Shown here: positions 53,649 through 62,512 of the stretch, piece by piece
Position numbering within the stretch: the stretch's first letter is position 1
How the letters are laid out: each line of letters opens with the position of its first letter
Assembly: GCA_002363125.1 (NCBI GenBank)
Contig: DEWE01000009.1
Span: 68,489 to 132,488, forward strand
From: Candidatus Saccharibacteria bacterium UBA3218
Lineage (GTDB): Bacteria > Patescibacteriota > Saccharimonadia > Saccharimonadales > Saccharimonadaceae
Length of the DNA: 64,000 nucleotides
Direction of reading: 5' to 3'
Made by a program: the position numbers and the translations under genes
The notes under the pieces: generated by a model
Seen by the model: only the letters and a program-made list of their open reading frames with translations
Databases searched by the model: none
Told to the model about the DNA's origin: nothing

Positions 53649-56330
53649 CTAATTGCTACTCACTGGCATCTCACTAGTAGCAGTGTAGCCAGCTGAGTCC
53701 GTAACGGTAAACCTAATTGATGTATCTGAATCTTTAATAGTGTAACCACTGATTATACCATCTGAGCCTAGCGATATACCGCCTTGTTCAACACCATTTA
53801 CATAAAGCGTGAAATTAGAAATATCGTATGTTCCGCGTTTGATTATAACTATTATGTTGCCGTCGCTAACAGATAAAGATATTTCTGGTGGTATATAATC
53901 ACATGTATCGCTTACCTCTCGGTTGTATGGCTCTGGTACGTCATAGACTTCATTACCAGTCATAGGATCCATAACTTTAGTAACTTCTATTTCTATCTTA
54001 TAACTTTCTGGCGTACAACTAGATGCCAACAGATGGTTGTAGCGGTTAAATACCAAAGTCTCTTTTGCTATACCAGAATTCTTTGAATTGTACCAACTTG
54101 GCCAGATATCAGTTTTGCCATTGACGGTAAGAGTTTGGATGCCAGCTGGCTTAGCTGGTTGATCGCCAGAGCTCCAACGACCATCTGGACCATAAACATC
54201 TTTATGCACCCCCTCCATATAGTTATTTACAACTCTACGAACTATGCTGTTATCTGAATTCCTAAGGCCTGAGCCATCGTGATTACCGTTCCACACAACA
54301 GTAGAGATAGCAGATGAAAAGCTGATCATTAATGAATCTTTAGTTTCACTAGAGTTTGAAGTTGTAGTGGTACCAGTCTTAGAAGCCGTATCTACACCAG
54401 GAACCACGAAGCCGTATGCATAAGATTGCGAACCCCAAACTAGAGAGGCACGAGCAACTGGGTCGTGTAAAATATCCCATATCATATACGCAACTTGGTC
54501 ATCAACTACACGCTTACCTTCTTTATCCTTCCAGCTTTCCAATAATTCTCCAGAGCTGTTTCTGAGTTCCAATACATATGTAATATCCTTGAAGGTTCCA
54601 CCACGGGCAATTGAAGCGTAAGCATTAGCATGTTCCACTAAGCGCACATTACAGCCAGAACCGATAGCGATCGAAAGACCATAGTTATCTTTACCTTCGC
54701 AATACGAAACGTCACCTAGGGCATGTGCTACTTCAAGAGAATTGTCTATGCCATTAATATATAGCGCTTTAACCGCAGGAATATTGAGGGAGTTAGAGAG
54801 TGCCTGACGAATGGTGACGTCACCATAAAATCTGCCCGTATAATTTCGCAAACGACAAGATCCACCGTTCCCAGCACAATAGATCTTATCGATATTTTCA
54901 TCTTTTAGAATTGAACCTGGACCATAATTTACACCTTCACGTTGCATTAAAAGTGGGGTGTAGTCTAGGATCGGCTTTATTGTAGAGCCCGGCTCTAGGT
55001 AAGAGTTAGCCGCATTATAGGATCCGTATTCGGCGTTGGTAAAGTCTACCGATCCGACCATAGCTATAACTTGGGAAGTCTCAACATCCAACGAAGCTAA
55101 TGCTATATTGTCGGAGTTGTTTATGTAGCGCATATCAGCACCAGTCGCAACGGCTTCTTCGGCGATTCTTTGTGCTCGGAGGTCTAGAGTAGTTTTGATA
55201 GTCCAACCACCAGTACGCATAGTTTGCATGCCATACTTTTCTTCAAGTAATGATTTAACTTCCAACACAAAATGCGGAGCCAATATTCCTTCGTATTGAC
55301 TAGCTTCTGGCCGTATAGTATCTAAGATTGCCACCTGCTTAGCCTCTTCAGCTTCGTCTTTAGTAATGTAACCCATCTCGGCCATTACATCTAAGGTATA
55401 GTGTTGTCGCCAGAGTAATTGTTCATTTCCGTATTCATTATAGGGATTAAATACGCCAGGGTTGTTTGGTATAGACGCAAGTAGCGCGGATTCTGCCAAT
55501 GTAAGATCCTTAGCGGATTTACCAAAATAGGTTTTAGCAGCAGACTCTACGCCATTACGACGACCGCCATACGGCGATTGATTTAGATACATAGTTAAAA
55601 TCTGATCCTTAGAATACATGCGTTCTAGTTCTATGGCAAGGATCAATTCTTTTATTTTACGAGTAAGGCCACCACGATCAGCACTCTGAGCCTCATCAGC
55701 AAAGTAAACTTGTTTGATTAATTGCTGAGTGAGAGTAGATCCACCTTGAACTCCTTTACCGCTTAAGGTAGAGAAAGTAGCGCGTACTAAAGCTCCGAAA
55801 TCTACACCCATATGGTTGTAGAAATTCCTATCTTCAATAGCCACTGTGGCTTGATACATATATGGAGAAATCTCATCAGCATCAACCACTAAACGATAGT
55901 TCTCATTGCCAGTGTCGCGCCAAAGAACTTCGCCATTGCGATCTAGATAAGTATTTACCGTTTCAGAAATCGAGATTTCGTCAAGACGAATCTCATCGAG
56001 ATCTTTCTTATAATAAAGGAATAAACCACCAATAAAGATAATAAAAATCAAAATCATGGCCGCAATGGTTTTTAATATGGTTTTTTGCCCACGCTTAGAG
56101 AACCACCATTTAAAAACACGCTTTGGATGAAGTCTTACAAAGAAACGCTTAACTGGATTTTTTGGCAATTTAGCCAATTCTTCAGCACGCCGACGCATTT
56201 CTGCTTCTTTTTTAGCTTTGTGCTTGTAGCTCAAACTAGAATAAAGATTCATTTTCTTTTTCGCAGTTTTTTTAGATTTTTTTGCCTTTTTTTGAGATGG
56301 CAAAATCACCTCGGATTCTTTATTATTCAT
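53649..56330 (-). CDS. Class A penicillin-binding protein (GT51 glycosyltransferase + transpeptidase) with long C-terminal extension
   Basis: 893 aa. GT51 EDRNFYNHMGVD and GGSTLTQQLIK. Transpeptidase motifs STIKP, SNS, KTGTT. Confidence 0.9.
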   Translation of the reverse strand: MNNKESEVILPSQKKAKKSKKTAKKKMNLYSSLSYKHKAKKEAEMRRRAEELAKLPKNPVKRFFVRLHPKRVFKWWFSKRGQKTILKTIAAMILIFIIFIGGLFLYYKKDLDEIRLDEISISETVNTYLDRNGEVLWRDTGNENYRLVVDADEISPYMYQATVAIEDRNFYNHMGVDFGALVRATFSTLSGKGVQGGSTLTQQLIKQVYFADEAQSADRGGLTRKIKELILAIELERMYSKDQILTMYLNQSPYGGRRNGVESAAKTYFGKSAKDLTLAESALLASIPNNPGVFNPYNEYGNEQLLWRQHYTLDVMAEMGYITKDEAEEAKQVAILDTIRPEASQYEGILAPHFVLEVKSLLEEKYGMQTMRTGGWTIKTTLDLRAQRIAEEAVATGADMRYINNSDNIALASLDVETSQVIAMVGSVDFTNAEYGSYNAANSYLEPGSTIKPILDYTPLLMQREGVNYGPGSILKDENIDKIYCAGNGGSCRLRNYTGRFYGDVTIRQALSNSLNIPAVKALYINGIDNSLEVAHALGDVSYCEGKDNYGLSIAIGSGCNVRLVEHANAYASIARGGTFKDITYVLELRNSSGELLESWKDKEGKRVVDDQVAYMIWDILHDPVARASLVWGSQSYAYGFVVPGVDTASKTGTTTTSNSSETKDSLMISFSSAISTVVWNGNHDGSGLRNSDNSIVRRVVNNYMEGVHKDVYGPDGRWSSGDQPAKPAGIQTLTVNGKTDIWPSWYNSKNSGIAKETLVFNRYNHLLASSCTPESYKIEIEVTKVMDPMTGNEVYDVPEPYNREVSDTCDYIPPEISLSVSDGNIIVIIKRGTYDISNFTLYVNGVEQGGISLGSDGIISGYTIKDSDTSIRFTVTDSAGYTATSEMPVSSN

Positions 56331-56406
56331 ATGTATATTATAGCACTAAAACTTTAACTTAATAAAAAATCGATGTCATCAAATCTATATGCTACAATAA
56401 TTATAT

Positions 56407-58047
56407 ATGCGACATTTTAAATTTAAATCTGTTGTAAAACTAGCAAATATGAAATTGTCAATAAAGTCTGCAGCGATTGTGCTCGCATCATCGACTTTGG
56501 TTTCTGCTTTGCTTGGTCTCTTCCGCGACCGTTTACTAAATTCGTATTATTTGGGGACTTATCCCACTGGTATCGATGCCTATACTGCGGCATTCACTAT
56601 ACCAGATTTTATGTTCTTCATCTTAACGTCTGGCGCACTTTCTGTTTCGTTTATTCCAGTTTTTAATCAGCGTCTTGCGGCGGGGAATAAAAAATCTGCA
56701 TGGGAATTATCTTCCAGTTTGATCAACTTATTGGCTATATTAACTTTTGTCACTAGCCTTCTAATAATGATTTTTGCGGACCCATTAATTAGATATATCG
56801 TAAGCCCAGGTCTAGACGAATCCGGCATGATTCTAGCCATTAATATGACCCGCGTAATTGCAATAAACCCATTCTTGTTTTCAATTGCCACCGTGATCAC
56901 TTCTATACAGCAGGCAGTTGGAAGGTTTGTATTTTATGCATTTGCACCGGCCATATATAATATAGGCATCATTATTGGTATAACTTGTTTTACTGGCGGA
57001 ATTAATATATTCGGAGTGCAGATATTTGAAGGTGGTATCATGGGCGTAGCTCTTGGCGTGATCCTTGGAGCAATCATGCAGTTGATCGTAGCCCTCATTG
57101 GATTATTTGGTCTAGGTATGGATTATAATTTCAAGATTAATTGGAAAAACCAAGGTTTTAGATCGATCCTTCGTTTGTTACCGGCAAGATCTATGGATCA
57201 GGGAATTGATTATGTAAATGGAATTGTGAATACTAATCTATCTTCTAGGATGGGCGCCGGGGCAGTACGTTCTTTTAATCAAGCCTCTTCACTTCATCAA
57301 ATGCCAGTGAATTTAATCGGCGTAGCCATATCTACGGCATTTTTTCCGAAATTAACGGAAGAATTAGGGAATGGCGATAAGGGGGAATTTAATAGCACTT
57401 TTAGGCAAGCCCTGCGTACTATAATTTGGATTGCTCTACCAGTATCTATAATCGCATTTTTTGGGAGGGGCTATGTAACCAGTTTTATTTCTAATATTGG
57501 CAATAATGATAGTAATGGTACGATCGCATCAGTTCTAGGTACTTTGTGTATTGCAATCTTTGCACGTTCGGTATTTCATATTGCTTCGCGTGGATTCTAT
57601 GCTTATCAGGATACAAAAACGCCATTCATAATCTCGATTTTTGCAATTGGTTTAACCATAGGACTATCAGTATGGTTTTATCTAATTGGCTGGGGCGTAG
57701 ATGGACTAGGCTTAGCTCAATCTATAGGGGCTATCGTAGAGATTATTATATTATTATATATACTGCAACATAGATCAAAACGAGAATTATTAGACAAGGC
57801 ATTTTGGCGAGCAATCCTTAGAATGATATTTGCTACGGCAATTACCGCATGTGTAGCATTTTCAATGACAAAATTTATACCACTGATGGCTACGGATAGC
57901 TCACTAGTAATCACTATACCTAAATTTCTACTAATTTCTGGTATTTCCTTTGCAGCATATCTAGTTGCAAGCTACTTTTTAGATTTAAAAGAGGCAAAAC
58001 CAATTTTCCGTTATATCAAGAAAGCCCTGTTTAGAAACGTAAAATAA
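56407..58047 (+). CDS. murJ: Lipid II flippase MurJ (MviN)
   Basis: 546 aa, polytopic. SRLLGLFRDR-type motif LLGLFRDRLL. TGcTACAAT lies 8 nt upstream of ATG 56407. Internal ATG 56449 is an alternative start. Confidence 0.85.
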   Translation: MRHFKFKSVVKLANMKLSIKSAAIVLASSTLVSALLGLFRDRLLNSYYLGTYPTGIDAYTAAFTIPDFMFFILTSGALSVSFIPVFNQRLAAGNKKSAWELSSSLINLLAILTFVTSLLIMIFADPLIRYIVSPGLDESGMILAINMTRVIAINPFLFSIATVITSIQQAVGRFVFYAFAPAIYNIGIIIGITCFTGGINIFGVQIFEGGIMGVALGVILGAIMQLIVALIGLFGLGMDYNFKINWKNQGFRSILRLLPARSMDQGIDYVNGIVNTNLSSRMGAGAVRSFNQASSLHQMPVNLIGVAISTAFFPKLTEELGNGDKGEFNSTFRQALRTIIWIALPVSIIAFFGRGYVTSFISNIGNNDSNGTIASVLGTLCIAIFARSVFHIASRGFYAYQDTKTPFIISIFAIGLTIGLSVWFYLIGWGVDGLGLAQSIGAIVEIIILLYILQHRSKRELLDKAFWRAILRMIFATAITACVAFSMTKFIPLMATDSSLVITIPKFLLISGISFAAYLVASYFLDLKEAKPIFRYIKKALFRNVK

Positions 58048-58056
58048 TGTTATAAT
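58048..58056 (+). promoter_or_regulatory. Extended -10 (TGtTATAAT) 6 nt upstream of the gatC ATG (leaderless)
   Basis: aatgttataat ttagcc ATG. Confidence 0.5.
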
Positions 58057-58062
58057 TTAGCC

Positions 58063-58350
58063 ATGGATATTAAACGCGAGGATATTTTGCATCTAGCCAA
58101 TTTGTCTGATTTTTCATTATCTGATGCAGAGATCGAATCTCTAGGTGAAGATTTACAGGGGATTATTAGATATATCTCGCAACTTGAGGAGCTAGACACG
58201 GATGGTATTGAGCCGACTTATCAAGTATTCGAAATGGAAAATGTATGGCGTGAAGATGAGATAAAACCACAAGATGCTTCGCGCGAGCAACTACTGGCTC
58301 TTACAAAAGAAGAAAAAGATAATCAAATAAAGGTTCCGAAGGTATTGTAA
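58063..58350 (+). CDS. gatC: Glu/Asp-tRNA amidotransferase subunit C
   Basis: 95 aa. LANLSDFSLSDAEIESL...LDTDGIEPT. Confidence 0.9.
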   Translation: MDIKREDILHLANLSDFSLSDAEIESLGEDLQGIIRYISQLEELDTDGIEPTYQVFEMENVWREDEIKPQDASREQLLALTKEEKDNQIKVPKVL

Positions 58351-59816
58351 TGAAGGTAGCAAATCAAAAAGTAACCGCTGAAAGATTAGTAAGAGATGCT
58401 TTAGAGAAAGCAAAGCATTTTGCTGATTATAATATTTTTACTTTCTTGAATGAAGAAGGGGCAATCAAAAAGGCAAAGGAAATCGATGCAAAAATAGCCC
58501 GTGGAGAAAAAGTAGGTAGACTTGCTGGTGTGCCTTATGCTTTGAAAGATAATTTCTTAAGTCCAGAGGGTCAAACCACTGCTTCGGCGCATATACTAGA
58601 AGGATTTGTATCGCCTATAACCTCTACGGCAGTAGAAAAATTAGAAGCGGAGGGCGCCATTATGATCGGGCGCACCAATATGGACGCGTTTGCTCATGGG
58701 TCTTCTACTGAAAATTCCTATTTTGGTCCTACACTTAATGCATGTGATAAGAACTGCGTAGCTGGTGGCTCTTCTGGTGGGTCTGCTGTAGCCGTAGCGC
58801 TCGACATAGTGGAATTTGCGACTGGCACAGACACAGGTGGCTCAATACGACAACCAGCATCATTTAACGGTGTATATGGATTAAAGCCAACTTATGGCAC
58901 GATATCGCGCTATGGCGTAGTGGCGATGGCGTCTTCTACAGATTGTATTGGATTTTTCACCAAAACCCCAGATGATATGGATTTACTCATGGATATTGCT
59001 AGCGGACAAGATCCGAAAGATCTAACTACGTTACCAGATTACTATGGTCTAGCCAATGTGAGCAATTCTTCATTCGAGACCGTGTCTCGCGAGCCTTACG
59101 AGGCGAGCGAAGAGAGCGAACCCCGCGACGGCGGGCGTGAGCGAACGTGGTCGAGAATGGAGAATTGTCGCATTGGCATCATTAAAGATTTTGACAACGA
59201 GTCAGTTCGTCCCGAAATCAGACAGGCTCTGAAGAATAAAATTGAATCATTAAAATCTAAGGGGCATGAGATTGTAGAGTTGGAAATGCCAACCCTTAAA
59301 TATGCTTTGGCTGCATATTACATAATCGTGCCAGCGGAAATTGCCAGCAATTTATCACGTTATGACGGCATAAGATACGGTTTTAGATCTGAAAAAGCGG
59401 AAGATTTGAACGCGCTTTATAAAAATACTAGAAGCGAAGGTTTTATGCCAGAAAATAAACGCAGAATTATGATTGGCAATTTTGTGCTATCTAGCGGATT
59501 TTATGATGCGTACTTCTTGAAAGCAGCAAAAGCGCGTACGCTCATTGTAAAAGAGTACGAAAAAGCTTTTGAAAAATGTGATTTTATTTTGACACCCGTG
59601 TCGCCAAACCCAGCTTTTAAGTTAGGCGAGAAGGTCAATGACCCAGTAGCTATGTATCTAGAAGATATGATGTCTGTTTCGTTGAATTTGGCCGGTTTGC
59701 CTGGCCTTGCGATACCAACTGGAAAAACTGAAAGTGGACTGGCATTAGGATTGCAACTAGTGGGCCCTAGACGTAGCGATAAAAGTTTAATTGAATTTTC
59801 AAAGGAGTTAATCTAA
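58350..59816 (+). CDS. gatA: Glu/Asp-tRNA amidotransferase subunit A with a 35-codon in-frame palindromic insert
   Basis: 488 aa. Amidase signature GGSSGGSAVAVA and GTDTGGSIRQPA. Insert encodes SSFETVSREPYEASEESEPRDGGRERTWSRME. Confidence 0.95.
   Translation: MKVANQKVTAERLVRDALEKAKHFADYNIFTFLNEEGAIKKAKEIDAKIARGEKVGRLAGVPYALKDNFLSPEGQTTASAHILEGFVSPITSTAVEKLEAEGAIMIGRTNMDAFAHGSSTENSYFGPTLNACDKNCVAGGSSGGSAVAVALDIVEFATGTDTGGSIRQPASFNGVYGLKPTYGTISRYGVVAMASSTDCIGFFTKTPDDMDLLMDIASGQDPKDLTTLPDYYGLANVSNSSFETVSREPYEASEESEPRDGGRERTWSRMENCRIGIIKDFDNESVRPEIRQALKNKIESLKSKGHEIVELEMPTLKYALAAYYIIVPAEIASNLSRYDGIRYGFRSEKAEDLNALYKNTRSEGFMPENKRRIMIGNFVLSSGFYDAYFLKAAKARTLIVKEYEKAFEKCDFILTPVSPNPAFKLGEKVNDPVAMYLEDMMSVSLNLAGLPGLAIPTGKTESGLALGLQLVGPRRSDKSLIEFSKELI
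59063..59167. repeat. GC-rich palindromic mini-element, family 3 (reverse orientation on + strand), inside gatA (105 bp)
   Basis: Arms caattcttcattcgagaccgtg / acgtggtcgagaatggagaattg. Core gtctcgcgagccttacgaggcgagcgaagagagcgaaccccgcgacggcg is almost identical to the gatB copy. Confidence 0.85.
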
Positions 59817-60235
59817 TGGATGGCGGAGTGGTAACATTTATTATAGCGATTTTGATAGTCGCGGTTTTGGTGTTTGTGGCGATTTTGTTAACTGGCAAAC
59901 GCACTCATCACTTCAATATAGAGGCCTATCAAACACGTTTCCTCGCTATTGAAAATAAATTAAACAAAGAAAATCCTGCCACTTTTGTAACAACAATTTT
60001 AGAAGCGGATAAGCTGCTAGATAAAGCTATGGTGGAAATGGGGTTGTCTGGAAAAACGATGGGGGAAAGATTGAAACACGCCAATGGGAAATTTGAAGAT
60101 ATTAATGCGGTTTGGCGAGCACATAAATTGCGCAACGCTATTGCCCATGAATCAGATTTAGAAATTGGTTACAAACAAGCATTAAATGCCTTGGCTATTT
60201 ATAAAAAGGCATTGAAAGATTTGGGGGCAATTTAA
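59816..60235 (+). CDS. Small TM-anchored protein with HEPN-like Rx4H motif (DUF4145-like), embedded in the gatCAB operon
   Basis: 139 aa. TM VVTFIIAILIVAVLVFVAILL. All-helical remainder containing AHKLRNAIAHES. Start overlaps the gatA stop (TAATG) and stop overlaps the gatB start (TAATG). Confidence 0.5.
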   Translation: MDGGVVTFIIAILIVAVLVFVAILLTGKRTHHFNIEAYQTRFLAIENKLNKENPATFVTTILEADKLLDKAMVEMGLSGKTMGERLKHANGKFEDINAVWRAHKLRNAIAHESDLEIGYKQALNALAIYKKALKDLGAI

Positions 60236-61752
60236 TGAAATACATTCCAACGATCGGTGTTGAATGTCATGTGCAACTTTGCACCAAGACTAAGCTTTTT
60301 TCTGAAGTAGATAATGATGCACGCGGGAAAGAACCAAACTCCTGCGTATCGCCAGTGGACTACGCGCTTCCTGGTATGTTGCCGAGGTTAAACGGTGAAG
60401 CAATAAGGTTTGCGATTCTGGCTGGCAAAGCCATGAATTGTAAAATTAATAATTATTCCAGATTTGATCGCAAGCATTATTTCTATCCGGATTCACCAAA
60501 AGGCTATCAAATCACACAATTCTATCACCCGATCATTGGCGAAGGTTATGTAGATTTACCGTCCGGCGAGAGAGTCCGGATTGAACACGCGCATCTAGAG
60601 GGTGATGCTGGAAAGTTGACCCATTTCGATAAATATTCACTTGTAGATTTGAACCGCGTAGACACGCCACTCATTGAGATTGTTTCTATGCCAGATATAC
60701 ATTCTGCTAAAGATGCTCATGATTATTGTAAAGAACTCTGGCGGCTAATGTGTTTTACTGGTGTCACTAATGGCGATCTATATAATGGCAATATGAGATT
60801 CGATGTCAACACGTCTATTGCTCCTGAGGGATCTAATGAACTTGGGACTAGAACTGAGGTAAAAAATCTGAACTCATTCCGCTCTGTCGAGCGTGCTATA
60901 GAATATGAAATCGCAAGACAAACGAAAGTTCTAAAATCTGGAGAAAAAGTCATACAAGAGACTCGTGGCTGGAATGATGCGACTGGTAAAACCACTGGTC
61001 AGCGGAGCAAGGAGGAGGCCAAAGATTATCGTTACATGCCAGAGCCAGACCTTCCACCGATTAATCTAACTCAAGAATTTATTGATACTGAAGCCGCAAA
61101 ACTTCCAATGATGCCTAGTGAGTACAAGGCAAAATTCGCTGGCATTATTGCTGACGATACTCTGGAAGTATTACTCGATTACCCAGAATTGATGAAAAAA
61201 CTAGGTGAGATAAGTGCTGGAGACGATTCTTCTGAGACCGTGTCCCGCGAGCCTTACGAGGCGAGCGAAGAGAGCGAACCCCGCGACGGCGAGCGCGAGC
61301 AAACGTTGTCGAAGAAGAACGTCTCAGCACTTAAACTGCTGTCTAATTTGTTTGCATCAGTACTTCTTGCAGAAGAGAAATCTGCAGAATACTTAAATGA
61401 TTTGCCGACCGCAATGGAACTTTCTGAACTCGCTGAAATGAATGAAAAGAAAGAGTTAAGCTCCACTGCGACCAAAGAAGTATTTCTCCGACTCTTTGAT
61501 CCGCAAATGAAGGGAAGAGGAACTAAAAATATCGCCAAAGAATTAGGGCTAATTCAAGAAAATGATTTGGATGCTCTGGAGGCCATCGTTGATACAGTTC
61601 TCGCAAAACCAGAAACCCAAAAAGCCCAAGACGATTTTAGAAACGGGGAAGAAAAAGTTATAGGTTTCCTCGTTGGACAAGTCATGAAAGAATCTCATGG
61701 TAAGGCCAATCCGTCTGCCGTACAAGAAATTTTGCGAAAAAAATTGAAATAA
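60235..61752 (+). CDS. gatB: Glu/Asp-tRNA amidotransferase subunit B with in-frame palindromic insert before the YqeY-like tail
   Basis: 505 aa. IGVECHVQL, RFDRKHYFYPD, YRYMPEPDLPP. Insert encodes SSETVSREPYEASEESEPRDGEREQTLSKKN. Confidence 0.95.
   Translation: MKYIPTIGVECHVQLCTKTKLFSEVDNDARGKEPNSCVSPVDYALPGMLPRLNGEAIRFAILAGKAMNCKINNYSRFDRKHYFYPDSPKGYQITQFYHPIIGEGYVDLPSGERVRIEHAHLEGDAGKLTHFDKYSLVDLNRVDTPLIEIVSMPDIHSAKDAHDYCKELWRLMCFTGVTNGDLYNGNMRFDVNTSIAPEGSNELGTRTEVKNLNSFRSVERAIEYEIARQTKVLKSGEKVIQETRGWNDATGKTTGQRSKEEAKDYRYMPEPDLPPINLTQEFIDTEAAKLPMMPSEYKAKFAGIIADDTLEVLLDYPELMKKLGEISAGDDSSETVSREPYEASEESEPRDGEREQTLSKKNVSALKLLSNLFASVLLAEEKSAEYLNDLPTAMELSELAEMNEKKELSSTATKEVFLRLFDPQMKGRGTKNIAKELGLIQENDLDALEAIVDTVLAKPETQKAQDDFRNGEEKVIGFLVGQVMKESHGKANPSAVQEILRKKLK
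61216..61328. repeat. GC-rich palindromic mini-element, family 3 (reverse orientation on + strand), inside gatB
   Basis: Arms gctggagacgattcttctgagaccgtg / aacgttgtcgaagaagaacgtctcagc. The core is shared with gatA. The outer arm sequence is copy-specific. Confidence 0.85.
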
Positions 61753-62101
61753 GTTATTGACAACTATATTGCGAATAATGTATTATGTCTCTACGGGCGA
61801 TTTTATCGCCCTGTGTTGTTTAAAAAAGTAGCTGTTTTTCATATACTCCAAATTTCACCCCATTTTGAATTCTCCTATATTAAAAATATTTTAGTATTTG
61901 GGAGATGATAGCATTTGAAAAACAATTATAGAAAATTTTTATCGGCTTTAAGTTCCAGAGTTGAACTGTATTTCATTTTTGGAATGATAGCTCTTTATAA
62001 GATTGAGCTTTTGCAATACTCTTACAAGTATGATTCTCATCCCAAAAGAAATATCAATAAAATGGAAGCTGCAAAATTTCACTATCGCAAAACTGTACCC
62101 A

Positions 62102-62127
62102 CTTAACTGGCCTAAAGGCCAGTTAAG
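62102..62127. other. Perfect 11-bp-stem hairpin in the gatB-fusA spacer
   Basis: cttaactggcc-taaa-ggccagttaag. No strong T-run on either side. Confidence 0.5.
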
Positions 62128-62238
62128 ATCTTTAAAAGTAAAACATTTTTGGGTTTTTCCTTACAAAATTTCTTTCAAAACAGTTATTTTTAGACAACAC
62201 GTCCGCACATTAACCCATTGGTTAACACTAGATTTTAG

Positions 62239-62284
62239 TCGCAAATCTAGCTATTCCGAGTCGCCAATCGGAAAAGCAAGATAG
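62239..62284 (+). pseudogene. greA-derived fragment
   Basis: gagtcgccaatcggaaaagcaag versus greA gaatcgccaatcggaaaagcaat (about 46805-46827). 19-nt exact core tcgccaatcggaaaagcaa. Reads KSSYSESPIGKAR versus GreA KISNESPIGKAM, then stops. Confidence 0.5.
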
Positions 62285-62373
62285 ATAATACTAATTCTGT
62301 TCATTCTGCATTTCTCAATCATATAAAATGCTAGTTGTTAACCCGCAAAAGTAGAGCTCTAAGCTCAACTTTG

Positions 62374-62420
62374 CCCCAGCGTTGGGTCAGAACGCTGGGG
62401 ATTTTTCTTGGTTTTTTTAT
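62374..62420 (+). terminator. Strong rho-independent terminator with no annotated gene upstream
   Basis: ccccagcgtt-gggtcag-aacgctgggg followed by atttttcttggttttttt. Confidence 0.75.
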
Positions 62421-62435
62421 TTTTTGAATAATATA

Positions 62436-62444
62436 TGGTATAAT
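62436..62444 (+). promoter_or_regulatory. Extended -10 (TGgTATAAT) for fusA, ~65-nt leader with hairpin
   Basis: atatggtataat. Leader hairpin cttattttt...aaaataag. RBS aaggag lies before ATG 62513. Confidence 0.5.
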
Positions 62445-62512
62445 TTGTAAAAATATGTCTTATTTTTGAGTGTGAAAATAAGCGAATAAAATAATAATTT
62501 TAAAAGGAGCAT

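Noticed and set aside
61915-62284. 63-aa (TTG start) and 93-aa plus-strand ORFs in the gatB-fusA spacer
   Set aside because: They overlap each other, lack convincing start signals and have odd composition. The 93-aa ORF is open only because it runs into the greA-derived fragment. The 63-aa ORF (GGGAGA upstream, followed by a perfect hairpin) is a weak small-protein candidate and is not reported as a gene.
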